The notes under the pieces were generated by a model that was not told the DNA's origin, searched no databases, and was given only the letters and a program-made list of their open reading frames with translations. Positions 7,909-17,167 of a DNA stretch of 64,000 bases are shown here, in pieces. Each line of letters starts with the position of its first letter. Position 1 is the first letter of the stretch. Made by a program: the position numbers and the translations under genes. Source of the DNA: Anaerolineae bacterium (GTDB lineage Bacteria > Chloroflexota > Anaerolineae > JAAEKA01). The stretch spans positions 1,111-65,110 of the forward strand of contig JBAQCH010000385.1 of assembly GCA_049294015.1 (NCBI GenBank), in the 5' to 3' direction.

Positions 7909-10620
7909 ATGACACAATCCATCCATGCAGTTGCGCGCTTCCTTCTTCGTTTTGTTCTCGTCTGGCTGGTTGACGCCGTCTCCTTGCTCATTGCCGCCGG
8001 CATCCTGCCGGGGATGGAGTTTGTAACCATCGGCCCAACCCCAGCGTGGGTGGTGGCGGTGTCCGCCGCCTTCGTGATGGGCCTGGTGAACCTGCTGATC
8101 CGGCCATTGATCCTCATGTTGGCCCGGCCGCTGGGTTTCTTTGTCATGTTCGGCGTGGGCTTCCTGGTCAATGCGCTCGTCTTGCTGATCACTGCCAACC
8201 TGCTCGCGCCCGCCTTTTTGATCGGCGGCCTGCTGCAGGCCATCGTCGCCAGCATCGTCCTGGCCATCATCAACGCTGTGCTCACCGGTATCATCGAGCT
8301 AGATGACGAGGGCTCCTTTTTCCAGAACCGCATCGAACGCCAGGCCAGACGTCACATGTTCGCCGGCGCGACGGAGACGGGTCGCGGGTTGGTGATGATG
8401 GAGATCGACGGCCTTAGCTATCATCACCTCCACAAGGCGCTGGCCGATGGGTTGATGCCGACTCTGCAGCAGATGATCGACGAGCAAGGCTACGTCCTCT
8501 CCAAGGTCGATTGCGGCATCCCCTCGCAGACTTCGGCCTGCCAGGCCGGCATCCTGTTTGGCGACAACGACGACATCCCCGCCTTCCGCTGGTACGACAA
8601 GAGCGAGCAGCGCCTGATCGTCTCCACCAAGGATGCGACCTATCTGAATGCCCGCTACGCCAACGGCAATGGCCTGCTGCGCGGCGGCTCCAGCATCGGC
8701 AATATGCTCAACGGCGACGCCGAAAAGTCGCTGCTGACCGTGGCCGACATCAAGACCGACGACAAGGAGCAGCAAAAGCGGCGCGCGGAGGACATCCGCC
8801 TGCTGATGCTCCATCCCTATTTCTTCATGCGCACCATCGCCCTTTTCTTCGGCGTCGTGCTGCGCGAGCTGTGGGAGGGCTGGCAGCAGCGGCGCAAGGA
8901 TGTCTATCCCCGCCTCAACCGGCTGCACGGCGGCTATCCCTTCATCCGCGCGGCCACCTCCACGCTGGTGCGCGACCTGACGGCCAATCTGACGTTGCTG
9001 GACATCGTGCGCGGCTCGCCGTCGATCTACATCACCTGGCCCGGCTATGACGAGGTGGCGCACCACTCCGGGCCCTGGACCAGCGACGCCTTCGGCGAGC
9101 TGAAACGCTATGACCGGGTTATTGCCCGCGTGCAGCGGACCATCCAGGAGAAGGCGCCGCGGCCCTATGACCTGGTCCTGCTCTCCGACCACGGCCAGTC
9201 CTTCGGGCCGACCTTCAAGATGCGCTACGGCGTCACGCTGAAGGAGTTCATCGAGCAGCACCTGCCGCAGGGTGTGACCGTGGCGCAGTCGATGGGCGGC
9301 GACACCGGCATGACCTCGCTGACCGGCGTGTCGGGCGAGCTGGCCAACGTTCAGCAGCAGGAGGGCGGCGCCGCTGGCCGGGCCGTGGCGAAGCAAGGGC
9401 AGAAGCTGATCGAACAAGGGGCCAAGGCAGGGGAGCCGGAAGAGCTTGCCCAGGCTGCGCAGGTGACGGCCTACGGCAGCGGCAACCTGGCTCAGGTCTA
9501 CTTCGATCTCCAGCCGCGCAAGATCACCCTGAGCGAGCTGAACGAGGCCTACCCCGGCATGGTCGACGCGCTGGTGCAGCACGAGGGCATCGGTCTGGTC
9601 TGCGGCTATCTGGACGACGGGACGCCCGTGGCGCTGAGCAAGGCTGGCCAGCGCAACCTACACAGCGGTGAGGTGACGCGCGCGGACCCGCTGCTGCCCT
9701 ATGCGCCGGCCGATCCCGCAGCCTACGGCCACGCGGCCATCGAGAAACGAATCTGGCAGGTGCGCCGGGTGATGGACTTCCCCCACGCCGGCGACCTGAT
9801 GGTGATCAGCACGGTCTACCCCGACGGCACCGTGGCCGCGCTGGAGGAGCTGATCGGCAACCACGGCGGCATCGGCGGCGAGCAGACCGACGCCTTCCTC
9901 TTCCATCCAGCCGACGTTCTGGTGCCCGACACCCGTAACTCCACCGACGTGTTCCAAATTCTTAACGCCGTGCGCGGCACGCCCGTGCCCCCCAACGCTG
10001 CGGGCGCGCAGGCTGGCCAGGCCGCTGCGATCAGCGCCTGGTCGTCGTCCAACCTGGCCAGGGGCATCGGCAGCGTTGGCGTCTGGGTCGGGTGCGCCTT
10101 GCGAGCGTTGATCCTGGAGCGCAGCGCCTATCGTGAGGTGGCGCAAGACGCTTTGATGACCGGCCCGGCATTGCTGATTGCTGTGCTGGCGGCGCTGGTC
10201 GAGATGCTAGTGGTGACCGGCGGCTTCGACGGCCCGTTTCTCGCCATCCGCCTCGGCCTGTGGCTGCTGGCGGTCTTGTTCATCTTCGCTGCCGGGCGGC
10301 TGTTGAGCGGCAAGGGCGCGTTCACCAGGACGTTCCGAGCCGTGGGCTTTGCCCAAGTTGCCTGGTTCCTGGGACTGTTGGCGCTCATTCCCCCCATCGC
10401 GCCGCTGGCCCGGCTGATCACCGTGCTGTATGCTTTCTTCGCCGTCTGGCTGGGCGCTGCGGAGGCGCATGAGACCAAGGGCTGGCGCACCGTTGTGTTT
10501 CCGGTCGTCGCGTTGCTGCTCTTGATCGTCGTTGGCTTCGCGTTGCGTTCATTGCTAGCCGGCGCCGAGTTTGCTTTGTCGGCGCTGTTCAACGACTTCG
10601 GCCTGGCCCCCCAGCCGTAA
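7909..10620 (+). CDS. fusion protein: DUF360/phage-holin-4-like N-terminal membrane domain + type I phosphodiesterase/nucleotide pyrophosphatase (AlkP superfamily) + C-terminal Yip1-like membrane domain
   Basis: 903 aa; N-term 4-TM PF04020-like segment; middle domain with AlkP-core-like motifs (MEIDGLSYHHL, CGIPSQTSACQAGILFG); C-term multi-TM Yip1-like segment. Confidence 0.7.
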   Translation: MTQSIHAVARFLLRFVLVWLVDAVSLLIAAGILPGMEFVTIGPTPAWVVAVSAAFVMGLVNLLIRPLILMLARPLGFFVMFGVGFLVNALVLLITANLLAPAFLIGGLLQAIVASIVLAIINAVLTGIIELDDEGSFFQNRIERQARRHMFAGATETGRGLVMMEIDGLSYHHLHKALADGLMPTLQQMIDEQGYVLSKVDCGIPSQTSACQAGILFGDNDDIPAFRWYDKSEQRLIVSTKDATYLNARYANGNGLLRGGSSIGNMLNGDAEKSLLTVADIKTDDKEQQKRRAEDIRLLMLHPYFFMRTIALFFGVVLRELWEGWQQRRKDVYPRLNRLHGGYPFIRAATSTLVRDLTANLTLLDIVRGSPSIYITWPGYDEVAHHSGPWTSDAFGELKRYDRVIARVQRTIQEKAPRPYDLVLLSDHGQSFGPTFKMRYGVTLKEFIEQHLPQGVTVAQSMGGDTGMTSLTGVSGELANVQQQEGGAAGRAVAKQGQKLIEQGAKAGEPEELAQAAQVTAYGSGNLAQVYFDLQPRKITLSELNEAYPGMVDALVQHEGIGLVCGYLDDGTPVALSKAGQRNLHSGEVTRADPLLPYAPADPAAYGHAAIEKRIWQVRRVMDFPHAGDLMVISTVYPDGTVAALEELIGNHGGIGGEQTDAFLFHPADVLVPDTRNSTDVFQILNAVRGTPVPPNAAGAQAGQAAAISAWSSSNLARGIGSVGVWVGCALRALILERSAYREVAQDALMTGPALLIAVLAALVEMLVVTGGFDGPFLAIRLGLWLLAVLFIFAAGRLLSGKGAFTRTFRAVGFAQVAWFLGLLALIPPIAPLARLITVLYAFFAVWLGAAEAHETKGWRTVVFPVVALLLLIVVGFALRSLLAGAEFALSALFNDFGLAPQP

Positions 10621-10799
10621 ACAGAACAGGACTTACGCCAAACGCTGGTCGAGTAGGCCCGGCGGGTTTCGATACGCTGGATTTGAGCCTGCAAGATACG
10701 TGGTTGCAGCCGCCACTCAACCCACCGGCCGTATCGAGACCCGTTTTGCGTAAGTCCTGAGAGTTTTCGGACCTTTCATCGAAGGAGGCTTGCAACACA

Positions 10800-11429
10800 A
10801 TGCAGTACATTGCGACGTGGCGCAGGCAGTTCAACTGGCGCATGGTGCTGATGCGCATCGTCATCAATGCCCTGGCGCTGCTCATCACTGCCGGGCTTGT
10901 GCCCAACATCTACTTCATCGACCGCAACTTCAGGAGTTGGCTGCTGTTAGCGGTGGCTTTGGGGGTCTTGAACGCCCTTGTCAAGCCTATCATCCAATTC
11001 CTGACCCTGCGCTTCATCTTTGCCACTTATGGCCTGGTGGTGGCGCTGATCAACGGCGTGCTGCTGCTGCTGCTGGAGCTTCTGTTCCCCGGCCGCTTCG
11101 CCGTCGAGGGCATTCTCTTTTGGCCGCTGGTGGGCGGGGCGGTGATCGGCATCATTAGCGCGATCCTTGAAAGTCTGCTGGGCCTGTCGCCGCCCATCGT
11201 GTCCGAGAAGTACCCTGAGCTGCGCCAGCGCATCAAGGATGGGGAGACCGGTTCCGTGCAAGCCTTGATCACCGAGACGGCCGTCTCGAAGACCCTGGAG
11301 CCGCAACAGGCTGAACAGCCTGCCAGCAGGCCAGCTCAGGATGCCGCCGCAGTCTTGGCCGTGCTTGGAACCGACCGCGAGGCGGCAGATGTGCCGGCCC
11401 AACCGGCGCCGACAGAGCAGGAGGCCTAG
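10800..11429 (+). CDS. DUF360 (phage holin 4-like) family membrane protein
   Basis: 209 aa; paralogous to the N-terminal domain of the 7909 gene; GAAGGAGG RBS. Confidence 0.7.
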   Translation: MQYIATWRRQFNWRMVLMRIVINALALLITAGLVPNIYFIDRNFRSWLLLAVALGVLNALVKPIIQFLTLRFIFATYGLVVALINGVLLLLLELLFPGRFAVEGILFWPLVGGAVIGIISAILESLLGLSPPIVSEKYPELRQRIKDGETGSVQALITETAVSKTLEPQQAEQPASRPAQDAAAVLAVLGTDREAADVPAQPAPTEQEA

Positions 11430-11437
11430 GCCACACC

Positions 11438-13174
11438 ATGCAACAAACATCAACCCTCGACAAGGTGCGTGAGAACCTGCGCCTGCAACAGGTCTACAAC
11501 GTTTTCTTGCGCTATGGCCTGGACATCGCCTTCGAGCGCGCGCCTACCGTGGCCGCGCTGCGCACCAGCATGCAGCGCTGGGTGTGGAATCTGCCTGAGA
11601 ACCTGGAGTCGCCCGAGCTGCCGGTCAAGGTGCGCCTGATGATCGAGGAGCTGGGCCCCACCTACGTCAAGGTCGGCCAGATCGTCTCCAGCCAGGCCTC
11701 TGTGCTGCCAGCCGAGTGGGAGGCGCAACTGGCGCAACTGCAGAGCAACGTGCCCCCTTTCCCCAGCAGCCAGGTGCGCGAGATCATCATCGAGGAGCTG
11801 GGCAAGCCCCCGGAAGAGCTGTTCGCTACCTTTGAAGGCGAGGCCTTCGCTGCCGCCTCCACAGCCCAGGTGCATCGGGCAACTCTTCGCGACGGCGCCG
11901 AGGTGGTGGTCAAAGTGCAGCGGCCCAACATTCGCAACCAGATGAAAGCCGACGTGGGCATCATGCGCAACGCGTCGCGCGTGTTGTCCAACCGCTTTCA
12001 GGCGCTGCGGGCCATCGACCTGGCCGGCATGGTGGACGAGTTCGGCACCAACGCCATCCGCGAGCTGGACTACACCGGCGAGGCCTACAACTCCTTCCGC
12101 CTGACGCAGAACATGGCCAGCATCCCCGGCGTGCATATCCCCAAGATCTTCCCGGAGCTGTCCAGCGACAAAGTGCTGACCATGGAGTTCATTCGCGGCG
12201 TCAAGATCAGCAACCTGGAAGCCATCGACGCTGCCGGGCTGGACCGGGAGGCGCTGGCCAAGAACGCCCTGCGCGCGATCGTCAAGCAACTGCTGATCGA
12301 CGGCTTCTTCCACGCCGACCCGCACCCCGGCAACGTGCTGGTAGAGCTGGGTACCGGCGATATCGCCTTCATCGACACCGGCATGGTGGGCGAGCTGGAG
12401 CTGGCGCAACGGCTGAACATCATCCAGTTGCTGATCGCCGTGACGCAGAACGACGTGACCGGCATGGCCTCGGTGATGAAAAGCTTGAGCACGCCCTTTG
12501 TAGACAAGGTGGACGAAAAGGCCTACTACAAGGACTTCGAGCGCACGGTCGGCCGGATCATGATCTCAGGCGGCGCGGTCGATTTTGGCCACGCGGTGAG
12601 TCTGTCCATGGACTTATTACGCCAGCACGGGCTGCGGCTGGACCCCAACCTGACCCTGGCCATCAAGGCGCTGATGCAGGCCCAGGCCATCGCCGTGCTG
12701 CTGTACCCAGAGGGCGGCATCGTCGCCGACGGTGTGCAGATGATCCGGGAGGAGGCGCTCAAGGCCGTCACTGCCGACCGGCTCTTCGAGGAGGGCAAGA
12801 AGCAGCTCACCATGGTGGCGCGCCAGGCAGCCGGCAACCTGCCCAGCCTGTCCGAGGCCACCATGGGATGGCTAAACCAGTACCGCAAGGGCCGTTTCGA
12901 GGTTTACGTGGATACCTCCGGCGTGGCCAAGGAGGTCACCAAGATCAACCACCTCGGCCGGCAGTTGGTGGTCGCGCTGCTGGTGGTGGGCATGGTTATC
13001 GGCTCGGCCATCGCCACGGTGGGCATCGGCTTGGGCGAATTCACTGGCCGTTACTGGGACTTCATCGCCCAGATTGCCGTCTTCGGCTACATCTTCTCGT
13101 CGATCATTGCGGCTTTGATCGTGCTGCGCCTGATCTGGCGCTGGCTGCGCGGCAGCCCGGCGGATCGGGACTGA
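11438..13174 (+). CDS. ABC1/UbiB-family atypical protein kinase with C-terminal TM region
   Basis: 578 aa; ABC1 kinase motifs (ELGPTYVKVGQ, AAASTAQVHRA, HADPHPGN). Confidence 0.8.
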   Translation: MQQTSTLDKVRENLRLQQVYNVFLRYGLDIAFERAPTVAALRTSMQRWVWNLPENLESPELPVKVRLMIEELGPTYVKVGQIVSSQASVLPAEWEAQLAQLQSNVPPFPSSQVREIIIEELGKPPEELFATFEGEAFAAASTAQVHRATLRDGAEVVVKVQRPNIRNQMKADVGIMRNASRVLSNRFQALRAIDLAGMVDEFGTNAIRELDYTGEAYNSFRLTQNMASIPGVHIPKIFPELSSDKVLTMEFIRGVKISNLEAIDAAGLDREALAKNALRAIVKQLLIDGFFHADPHPGNVLVELGTGDIAFIDTGMVGELELAQRLNIIQLLIAVTQNDVTGMASVMKSLSTPFVDKVDEKAYYKDFERTVGRIMISGGAVDFGHAVSLSMDLLRQHGLRLDPNLTLAIKALMQAQAIAVLLYPEGGIVADGVQMIREEALKAVTADRLFEEGKKQLTMVARQAAGNLPSLSEATMGWLNQYRKGRFEVYVDTSGVAKEVTKINHLGRQLVVALLVVGMVIGSAIATVGIGLGEFTGRYWDFIAQIAVFGYIFSSIIAALIVLRLIWRWLRGSPADRD

Positions 13175-13505
13175 ACGGCGTCCAGCACTTGCGGCGTCTC
13201 TGGCCGGCAATAGCGGCTGCACGAGAAGCTTCACAAACGCACAGGAGGCTGGGCGCGGCGTATTCGCGCCCTGTGGCTGGCCGGCCGATCTGAGTGACGA
13301 AGCGATCTTGGAGCGGCTGTTGGCGCTGAACGGGGAACGGGCAGCGGCGCCAGTCTAACGCCCCACGCTCGTTTGCCGCCACCGCCGTTTCGTGGATAAT
13401 GGGGCAAAGCCGGGATTATCGTTTCGCAACTGCACCCAACCTGCGCATCCGCTGGCATCGACCGCGCCAGTTGCGACACCGAAATCTGCCCGGACCTTTC
13501 GTCTC

Positions 13506-16106
13506 ATGCCCCACGACTATTCGACACTGATTACAACCAAGCTCCACCGTCCCCAGGTGGCCGGTGTACACGTCGAACGGACGCGCCTGCTCCAGCAGAT
13601 GCAGCGCGGCCTCAGCCAGCCGCTGACCCTGGTCTGCGCCGGAGCCGGTTTCGGCAAGACGACGTTGGTTAGTTGCTGGCTGGCGCAGAACGATGAACGC
13701 GCAGCGCTGAACGATGAAGCGGGCGCGGCGGAGACCTCTGCCTTTCATCGTTCATCGTTCAACCCTCATCATTTCCCCTCCGCCTGGCTAACGCTGGACG
13801 CACAGGATAGCGACCTGGGGCGATTTGCGGTCTATGTCGTTGCCGCGCTGCGCACGATGTTCCCCGACGCGTGCAGCGCAACCCTGGAGTTGGTGCATAC
13901 ACGAGCGGAGCCTCCCCTGGAGTTGCTGGCTGCCACCCTGATCAATGAGATCGCCCAACTCCCCAAGCATTTCGTCCTGGTTCTGGATGCCTTCGGCTCC
14001 CTTTCTGGCGAGGCTGTCCCTGATCTGCTGAACCGGTTGTTGCAGCACTGGCCGCCCACCATGCATCTGGTGCTGATCTCGCGCTTCAGCCCGAGCTTGT
14101 CGCTCGCCCGGCTGCGGGCCAACGGCGAGATCACCGAAATCCGTAGCCGCGACTTGCGTTTCACGGCCGAGGAGACGGCGGCCTATCTGGACCTGGCGCT
14201 GCCCACCCCGCTCAGCCAGCCGGCCCAAACCACGCTCGAGCAACGGGCCGAGGGATGGGTCGCCGGCCTGCAGCTAGCCGTTCTAGCTCTGCGCACGATG
14301 AGCGAGGCCGACATCGACGCAGCGATTGGCGCAGTGGTCGGGGTCGACGCAGTACAATATTTGGTAGACGAGGTTCTCGCGCATCAGCCGCCGGCGATTG
14401 AGGATTTTTTGCTCAGAACGTCAATCCTGGATCGCTTCTGTGCATCCTTGTGTGAGGCGGTCGCAGGCGGCGATGATGCCGGATGGACGGCGCAGGAAAG
14501 CCTGGCTTGGGTCGAACAGGCCAACCTGTTCGTCATATCGATGGACTATCAGCATGAGTGGTTTCGTTATCACAACTTGTTCCGGGAGACGCTGCGCCAG
14601 AGGCTGAACCACCGCTGGGGCCCGGACGAAGTGACCCGCTTGCACCGCGCGGCAGCCAAGTGGTTTGCGGAAAAAGGGTTGATCGATGAGGCGTTGCGCC
14701 ACGCCCTGGCGGCCGACGATCTGGAGCAGGCCGCCACCTTGATGGAGCATGCCCTGTGCGACGTGCTCAACCATGAGGACTGGCCCGCGCTGGCCCGCTG
14801 GCTGCGCCTGCTGCCCGAGGAGTCTGTCGAACGCCACCCCGGCATCCTGATGATCAAAGTGTGGTCGCTGCATTGGTCCTGGCAGCTTGACGCCATACCT
14901 CCGCTGCTCGACCAGATCGATAGGCTGATCGACGAGATTGGCCCCGGGGGCGACCTGCCAGCGCTGCGCGGGCAGATCGCTTTGCACCGTGCGCAGATCG
15001 CGTATATGCACAACCAGCCCGCCCGCGCCCTGGCCCACTGCCAGGAAGCATTGGCGCACCTGCCCAAAACGTGGCTGCACGGCCGCGGCAGCGCCATGTT
15101 GTTCACCGGCATGAGCCTGCAAGCCTTGGGCCGGGGCGACGAAGCCGAGCGCCTGTTGCGCAGCCAGTATGAGAGTCTTGGCGACTTGACAAGCAACTAT
15201 GCCATCCGGCTGCTGTTTGGCCTGACGGCCGTTTATTTTCAGTCGGGCCAGTTCGAGCTGGCCCGGCAGGCAGCCCAGGGAATGCTCCATCAGGCCGTGC
15301 GCAGCCGCTTGCCGATCCTCGAAGGTTGGGCTACGCTCTATCTCGCCAGGGTCTGGTATCACTGGAATGACTTGGATCAGGCCAGCCAAAGCTTCGAGAA
15401 GCTGGTCGACAAGCGTTATGTCATCCACAGCCAAACGGCGCGCAACAGTTTCGTAGGCCTGGCGCAGACACTGCAGGCGCGCGGCCAAAGCGTCGAGGCA
15501 TGGGAAGTGTTAGGGCTGCTCAGCCGCTTCGACCTGGATCTTGTCGGGCAGGAAACCGGCGACACGCGTGCTTTGCGCGCCTGGTTAGCGTTGGCGCAGG
15601 GCGATCGGGAACTCGCCTTGCGCTGGGCAGACTCGTTTTCTGCCCCGGCGTCGGAGCGCCCTTTTATCTGGGTGCAACAGCCGCACCTCATCAAGGCGTG
15701 TATCATGCTGGCCAGGGGCGGGAAGTCCGACATTCAGTCGGCCCTTGAGATCGCCGACGCCATCTACGCGATTGCCGAACGAGCGGCCAGCACGGACTTC
15801 ATGATAGCAGCCCTGGCTGTGCGTGCGCTGGCGCTCGATGCCGCGCAGCAAGCTGATGCTGCTCAGGCGGCGCGCGGTTGCGCTGGCCCAGCCCGGCGGC
15901 TTAATCCGGCTATTCGTCGACCTGGGGCCGCACATGCAGACGTTGCTGCGCCAACTGGCCAGGGACGAAGCGTCCAACGAGCTCGTCCGGCGCATTCTGG
16001 CCGCATTCTCAGACGCGCACGATGGAGCGGCCGGGGAGACAGCCGCGCGGCCTGCGCCGCGATCGTTCAAGGTGGCCGGCCTGGTGGAGCCGCTGACCAT
16101 GCGTGA
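13506..16106 (+). CDS. MalT-like LuxR-family regulator (AAA ATPase + TPR), apparently frameshifted before the HTH domain
   Basis: TKLHRPQ start motif; Walker A GAGFGKTT; paralog of the 42339 gene; reading frame diverges from the paralog around 15860-15880. Confidence 0.65.
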   Translation: MPHDYSTLITTKLHRPQVAGVHVERTRLLQQMQRGLSQPLTLVCAGAGFGKTTLVSCWLAQNDERAALNDEAGAAETSAFHRSSFNPHHFPSAWLTLDAQDSDLGRFAVYVVAALRTMFPDACSATLELVHTRAEPPLELLAATLINEIAQLPKHFVLVLDAFGSLSGEAVPDLLNRLLQHWPPTMHLVLISRFSPSLSLARLRANGEITEIRSRDLRFTAEETAAYLDLALPTPLSQPAQTTLEQRAEGWVAGLQLAVLALRTMSEADIDAAIGAVVGVDAVQYLVDEVLAHQPPAIEDFLLRTSILDRFCASLCEAVAGGDDAGWTAQESLAWVEQANLFVISMDYQHEWFRYHNLFRETLRQRLNHRWGPDEVTRLHRAAAKWFAEKGLIDEALRHALAADDLEQAATLMEHALCDVLNHEDWPALARWLRLLPEESVERHPGILMIKVWSLHWSWQLDAIPPLLDQIDRLIDEIGPGGDLPALRGQIALHRAQIAYMHNQPARALAHCQEALAHLPKTWLHGRGSAMLFTGMSLQALGRGDEAERLLRSQYESLGDLTSNYAIRLLFGLTAVYFQSGQFELARQAAQGMLHQAVRSRLPILEGWATLYLARVWYHWNDLDQASQSFEKLVDKRYVIHSQTARNSFVGLAQTLQARGQSVEAWEVLGLLSRFDLDLVGQETGDTRALRAWLALAQGDRELALRWADSFSAPASERPFIWVQQPHLIKACIMLARGGKSDIQSALEIADAIYAIAERAASTDFMIAALAVRALALDAAQQADAAQAARGCAGPARRLNPAIRRPGAAHADVAAPTGQGRSVQRARPAHSGRILRRARWSGRGDSRAACAAIVQGGRPGGAADHA

Positions 16107-16287
16107 ACGGGAGATTCTGTTGCTTCTGCGCGAGCCCTTGAGCGGCAAAGAAATCGCCAAAACCCTCTTTATCTCCCCCACAACCTTCAAACGCCACAGC
16201 GCCAACATCTACGGCAAGCTGGGCGTTCATAATCGCTGGGACGCCGTGGCAGCGGCCGATGCGTTGGGCGTTCTCCCGCCCCGCTGA
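15823..16287 (+). pseudogene. C-terminal LuxR HTH portion of the preceding regulator, in +1 frame (frameshift or sequencing error)
   Basis: AVALAQPGGLIRLFVDLGPHM...LTMREREILLLLREPLSGKEIAKTLFISPTTFKRHSANIYGKLGV aligns with the C-terminus of the LuxR at 42339. Confidence 0.55.
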
Positions 16288-16444
16288 CTGCGCCAGACCT
16301 CTTCGGGTTTTCCTGGTCGACCGCAACCAGTCGACCAAGCTCAATCTACCACCCTACCCGCCGCAGCGGCGTACCAATCTACAACCTACTTGATACCTTT
16401 GGAGGGTTTCGCACGGACGCGCCCTGTGCTACCATCATGACAAG

Positions 16445-16735
16445 ATGAGCACATCGCTTGCCGCCCACTTGAGTTTCGATAGCGCTGCCCGGTACCGCAT
16501 CCTCGTGCGCGGCCAAATTGCGCCGCGCTGGGCCGACCGGCTGGAGGGCATGTCGATCCATCTTGCGGCACAGCAAGACGAGCCGGCTATCACCATCTTG
16601 GAGGGCGAGTTGTTCGACCAGGCCGCGCTGGCCGGCGTGCTCAACACGCTGTACGACATGCACCTGCCGGTGCTATCGGTAGAGTGCCTGAGCGCCGGGC
16701 GGCAGGCGCCGTCGTTGCAATCGTCCGAGACCTGA
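16445..16735 (+). CDS. small soluble protein of unknown function (LuxR-module partner, paralog of 45344)
   Basis: 96 aa; conserved with 45344 product (DQAALAGxLNxLYDxxLPxLSVECL). Confidence 0.55.
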   Translation: MSTSLAAHLSFDSAARYRILVRGQIAPRWADRLEGMSIHLAAQQDEPAITILEGELFDQAALAGVLNTLYDMHLPVLSVECLSAGRQAPSLQSSET

Positions 16736-16825
16736 GCGACCGCAGGAGCCGATCACGTCCACAGTCCGGCGGCAGTCGCAGGCTACAATCGCCGCTCTTT
16801 ACTCAACTCTCAGGAGGATATCACC

Positions 16826-17167
16826 ATGCCTTGTCTGTTCGCTATGTTCGCTGGCTTCTTCCCACGACTCGGGACTCTGCTCCTCTGGCTGGCTCGTCCC
16901 GCCATGGTCAACACTGCCTTCAATGGCAGTTGGCTCTGGCCGATCCTGGGCATCATTTTCTTACCCTTCACCACGCTGATGTACATCATCCTGGCGTCGG
17001 GCGTCGGCGGGTTGAGCGGTTTGGATTGGCTGTGGATCGTCTTGGCTGTGATGATCGACGTGATGCACTACTCCAGCACGGCCTACTCTAACCGCAATCA
17101 GATCCCTGGCTACAAGCCGGCCTCGACCGCTCCCGCGACTCCGCCGCCGCCGTCACAGCCCATGTAG
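16826..17167 (+). CDS. small 3-TM membrane protein of unknown function (paralogs at 41924 and 45803)
   Basis: 113 aa; MPCLFAMFAGFFPRLGTLLLW... about 80% identical to the 45803 product; AGGAGG RBS; Pro-rich tail. Confidence 0.65.
   Translation: MPCLFAMFAGFFPRLGTLLLWLARPAMVNTAFNGSWLWPILGIIFLPFTTLMYIILASGVGGLSGLDWLWIVLAVMIDVMHYSSTAYSNRNQIPGYKPASTAPATPPPPSQPM

Noticed and set aside
8299-9582. 427-aa minus-strand ORF inside the phosphodiesterase gene
   Set aside because: Antisense GC-frame artefact; no start context; overlaps a well-supported domain-bearing gene.
11450-12409. 319-aa minus-strand ORF inside the ABC1 kinase gene
   Set aside because: Antisense artefact with Gly/Ala/Val/Arg-rich composition.
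14421-15488. 355-aa minus-strand ORF inside LuxR no. 1
   Set aside because: Antisense artefact of a high-GC gene.
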